Shown here: positions 60,181-64,000 of the stretch, one piece after another
How the letters are laid out: every line of letters starts with the position of its first letter
How positions within the stretch are numbered: the first letter of the stretch is position 1
NCBI GenBank assembly: GCA_032718475.1
Contig: JAUCBJ010008829.1
Span: 102,464-166,463 of the forward strand
DNA length: 64,000 nt
DNA from: Nemertoderma westbladi
Lineage: Eukaryota; Animalia; Xenacoelomorpha
Direction of reading: 5' to 3'
Notes under the pieces: model-generated
What the model saw: only the letters and a program-made list of their open reading frames with translations
Told to the model about the DNA's origin: nothing
The model's database searches: none
Program-made: the position numbers and the translations under genes

Positions 60181-62266
60181 CAGAGGAGGATCCAGAGGGG
60201 GGGCACGGGGGCACGTGCCCCCCCCCCCCCCTTGAGAGAAACGGTCACTATACTTAATAACTGATGCAAAATATTGAATTTTTAATTTTGATTTAATTTT
60301 ATCAAAATAATAACGAACACAAGCAAATAATAAGTAAATAATTAAAAACATGTGACCCCCCTCCCAAAGATCCCATTTCTATGACATTTATACACATTTT
60401 ACATTTTATTGTATATTCACTTTAATGGTCTGGCTGCCAGTGGAGAGCCAAAGGCTCGACAGAGTCTTATTAGGAATAAATAATGCAGCCTTTTTAACGG
60501 AACATGAGAACCAACATAAACACCAAAGTAAAACCTAATACGACAACACTATCTAGCAGTGGTCAGAAGTAGGCACTCTCCTTTGATCTTTTTTAGGTCG
60601 ATTTTTAAAGGATTTTTCCAGGAGAACGGCGAAAGCTAGAACGATTCTGTTTGCGCGATCTGGTAGATGGCCCTAGCGCGATAGCTAGGAGTTTTTGTGG
60701 AAAAAATCTGTTAATTAATTAATTAGTAATTAGCGATTAAAGATTTCTAATTGATTTTTCTCGAAAAGTATTTGGTTTTTCCCCTAGCAACGGTGTTTTT
60801 TTTTGTTCATCTCGGTAAGATCTAAAAAAAGTTCAGTCATCGCTATGGCCCTCCTATTACTGTTAATTAGTACTAATTAGCCGAAAACTAATTAGCGTCG
60901 TAACTCGAAAACACTAAGAGCTATGAAAAAACGTAACATCACAAAGTTGTTCGGAATTTTATTCTACACAAAAAAGTCTCTGGCGCCGATGCCGTATCTC
61001 CTACCGTTAATTAGTAATTAACTAATTACTTAATTACCTAATTGGCGGGGGGGCTTTGCCCCCCCGCTCCCCAAATCCTTATTCACAAGGTGTACCAAAG
61101 CGGTTTACTATTTTACAAATGATAATTACTCTAAAATCTTTTGAATCGAACTAATTAACGATTTTACTAATTAGTAAAGTTCCCCAAATTAATTAATAAT
61201 TTATCCAATCCGGCTGCAATTAATTAAACAGCTGAGTCGTCAGCCTGGTTTGATGAACTTGATGAAATCATAAAGTCAGTAGTTGCTGTATGCCATTACT
61301 GACTAAAACTATATACCAAACACCTCTTGCCGGTAGCTATCTCCACAGTCTGTAGTGAGCACCGGTGCAGGTATGGTAGGCCTACATGTATGGCATATAT
61401 AGTGGAGGTTCTTTTGGCAGATAGGCCTAGTCAAAACGTTACATCAGATGCCGTATTTTAGTCAAAACGTACCCTATCTTCATATAGTTGAGTATTGTCA
61501 ATACAGGAATATCCAAGTACCGGGTACTCCTGTACTTAGTATACCCATCTGCCCATGTACAGTAACTGGCTGACAGTTACCCTTAGTTTGTAGGCTATAG
61601 ATGATTGACGTTTCTAGCAATGTTCTTAACGTTGGGATTTTACTGGAAGTTATTAATACCATAGTTTACCCCAAAAAAACTAAAATTACCCAAATCGCAC
61701 CAAATCAAAATAAATCTTATAACAGCAACACGGGCTATCTGACGATATGGATTAGATCAATGTAGCGGATAGTGACCATTGAAGGGCTTCTTATGCATGC
61801 AAAGGAAAATATGATCAGACCCAAATCACACAGTCAGACCTGATCTTTTGCTGATCAAATACCGGTAGGTGACTTTGCTGATATGCAGTAACATTTTACG
61901 GTACAATTTGATGCGAAAATGTTTTGGCCAGTACTCTGAACCTTCCATTGGGGTCTCAGGTCACGCGCGTACCGTGGTCACTGTATCTGGCACCTGATTG
62001 GCTCAAATATTCAAACGCTGAAAACTTACCTAGGCCTTGACAATTAGTGATAAGATTTTATGCGAATATGTTTTGGATGGTGTTCTGAATCTCGCGTTGA
62101 GGTCCCAAGTCACCCCCATACCGTGGTCATCAGATACGGCGCCTGATTGACTAATTCTTTGAACGACGATAACTCGAGTTTGCTTCACTTTGGGATGAAG
62201 TTTGAAGGCTAGGAATATTCTCTGGATGATGCCCCAACTCACTGATGATGTTTCATAGCTGTGACG

Positions 62267-62715
62267 ATGAGTTTAACTGGTGCATCGACTCTGCATACGA
62301 ACTATCGAGCATGGCAATGAGTTTAACCACTGCGTCAACTCAGCGTACGAATTATCCTCCGTGTCAATGAGTTTAACCACTGCATCGACGCCGCGTACGA
62401 ATTATCCTCCGTGGAAATGAGTTTAACCGCTGCGTCGATGCCGCGTACGAATTATCCTCCGTGAAAATGAGTTTAACCACTGCGACGACACCGCGTACAA
62501 ACTATCCTCCGCGGCAATGAGTTTAACCGATGCGACGACGCCGCGTTTGAATTATTAATCGTGGCAATGAGTTTAACCACTGCGACGACGCCGCATACGA
62601 ATTATTGATCGTGGAAATGAGTTTAACCGCTGCGACGACGCGCGTACGAATTATTGATCGTGGAAATGAGTTTAACCACTGCATCGACTACACGACACAT
62701 ACAAATTATTGACTG
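62267..62715. repeat. 50-bp minisatellite, nine diverged units
   Basis: Unit ATGAGTTTAACCACTGCGTCGACGCCGCGTACGAATTATCCTCCGTGGMA. Confidence 0.9.
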
Positions 62716-63951
62716 CGCCTACGAATTTTATTGCTGGGACAACTTTACGAATGAAATATTATCCTCGGCCACTAATGCAATAAATTAATATATAGTAATA
62801 ATTTTTGCAATTTACGTAATTTACGTTTTGTAATTTTCAACAAATTTAAATTAAATTTATAGTACTGTAATGTTTTTGTTTTGTAATAATTTATTGTAAT
62901 AAATGCCAATTAATCTCAATTTACTTCTTAGTTCAACCTCTTACCTAGATATAACTACTAAAGTTAAATAAGAAACACAATTATGTGCTTATCAACCCCG
63001 CGGGATATATGTATTGGTTTTTTTTTATAGGTATTATTGGTATTGTTTACACAAATATTTTTTGGTAATTTTTTATTACCGGTATATATATAATTGTTCA
63101 TTGATATAATTGTGTGTAAACGCTACGCCGACAACCACTGCTAACAATGGGAAGTATGAAAATGTATCCTGAGTTCGCGACTCTTGTTTATTGTTTTGGT
63201 TAGAATAACCTTCCACTGTAACCCGATCCGATTAATTTGTTTTAACAATGGTTGTCGGTTGTCGGCACTTTTACACCCTATAATTTTGCAGTTGTATATT
63301 AACAATGGTTGTCGGTGTTTGTTGTCAATTGTCGGCGTTTTTACACCCTTTAATTTTGCAGTTGTGTATATTACAACAGGGCGATACCCATTCATTTTAA
63401 TTTTTTTGTTATAAAACAGTTTTAATTAATGCAAAGTAGCAAATGCCACGCTGTTATCCAACAACCACAGCTGAATATGAAACTGAAACCTGTGCTAATG
63501 ACTCTCGTTTATTGTTTCGGTTAAAATGACGTTCCGCTGTAACCTGTTCATTTACACTCATTTATAATTACCATTAATTAGTGCTAATAATGGTTGTTGG
63601 TTTTCAGCCTAGCGTTTACACCTTTGTAACCTTTGCAACCTTTGTATTTAAGTAATAGCGATTTCTTGCACGACGCCACTCATTATTTTGTAATTCCAAA
63701 AATTTTGTATAAAATATCATATACATATACATATTATATATATATATATATTAGCAGGGTTGGCCTATCGAAACGAAACTAAAGAAATTTCAATTTCGTT
63801 TCATGTATATAGTAATTTACTATCAGTACCGGTATTGCCTTACAGTATTATTGTGGAATGGGCAGCCTGGCACCAAGCTATTGCATTACAATAGTACCGG
63901 TACCAACCCCCCCCCCCCGTACGTGTACAACCCCCCACCCCCCCCCCCCCC

Positions 63952-64000
63952 TGTACGCGCCTTTATAGACCTTCAGCAGTTTAACCTGCCGAAATTTATA
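63952..64000 (-). mobile_element. 3' terminus of a fourth family-B LTR (continues beyond the window)
   Basis: The reverse complement TATAAATTTCGGCAGGTTAAACTGCTGAAGGTCTATAAAGGCGCGTACA matches the other LTR ends and fixes the LTR boundary. Confidence 0.85.

Noticed and set aside
62242-62275. Hammerhead ribozyme at CTGATGA
   Set aside because: No GAAA after a stem II and no consistent three-way junction.
63754-63812. hAT-like terminus CAGGGTTGGCC with TTTCGTTTC repeats
   Set aside because: No partner TIR or 8-bp TSD was found in the window.

Overview
Repeat-dense eukaryotic, probably animal, DNA with no recognisable host gene. Bases 1-44300 and 53300-57400 are a nest of BEL/Pao LTR retrotransposons. 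Family B (LTR termini TGTAAAAGC...GCGCGTACA) is present as three copies (B1 3455-12085, B2 18070-30021, B3 30022-41494) plus an LTR end at the right edge. There are also pieces of other LTR families: A 1-3454, C about 12160-18024, X 23891-27429, D about 53335-57400 and E about 42770-44330. Between 45 and 60 kb lie DNA transposons: a TTAA-flanked piggyBac-type non-autonomous element, an apparently intact Sola1-type element with a 49-bp E-box array, a TA-flanked Tc1/mariner-type element and a foldback MITE. Three observations stand out. (1) Family B has no tRNA primer-binding site. Instead the 11 nt after the 5' LTR are the exact reverse complement of an 11-mer inside the same LTR, with a compensatory change between copies, which suggests Tf1-like self-priming in a BEL/Pao element. 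(2) The LTR of element A holds an array of covarying K-turn/UUCG hairpins next to a 3' accessory zinc-knuckle ORF with an Arg/Lys-rich tail. (3) A circularly permuted 3'end-LTR-leader fragment replaces the middle of copy B2. All calls were made by eye; no database search or folding program was run, and approximate boundaries are flagged.
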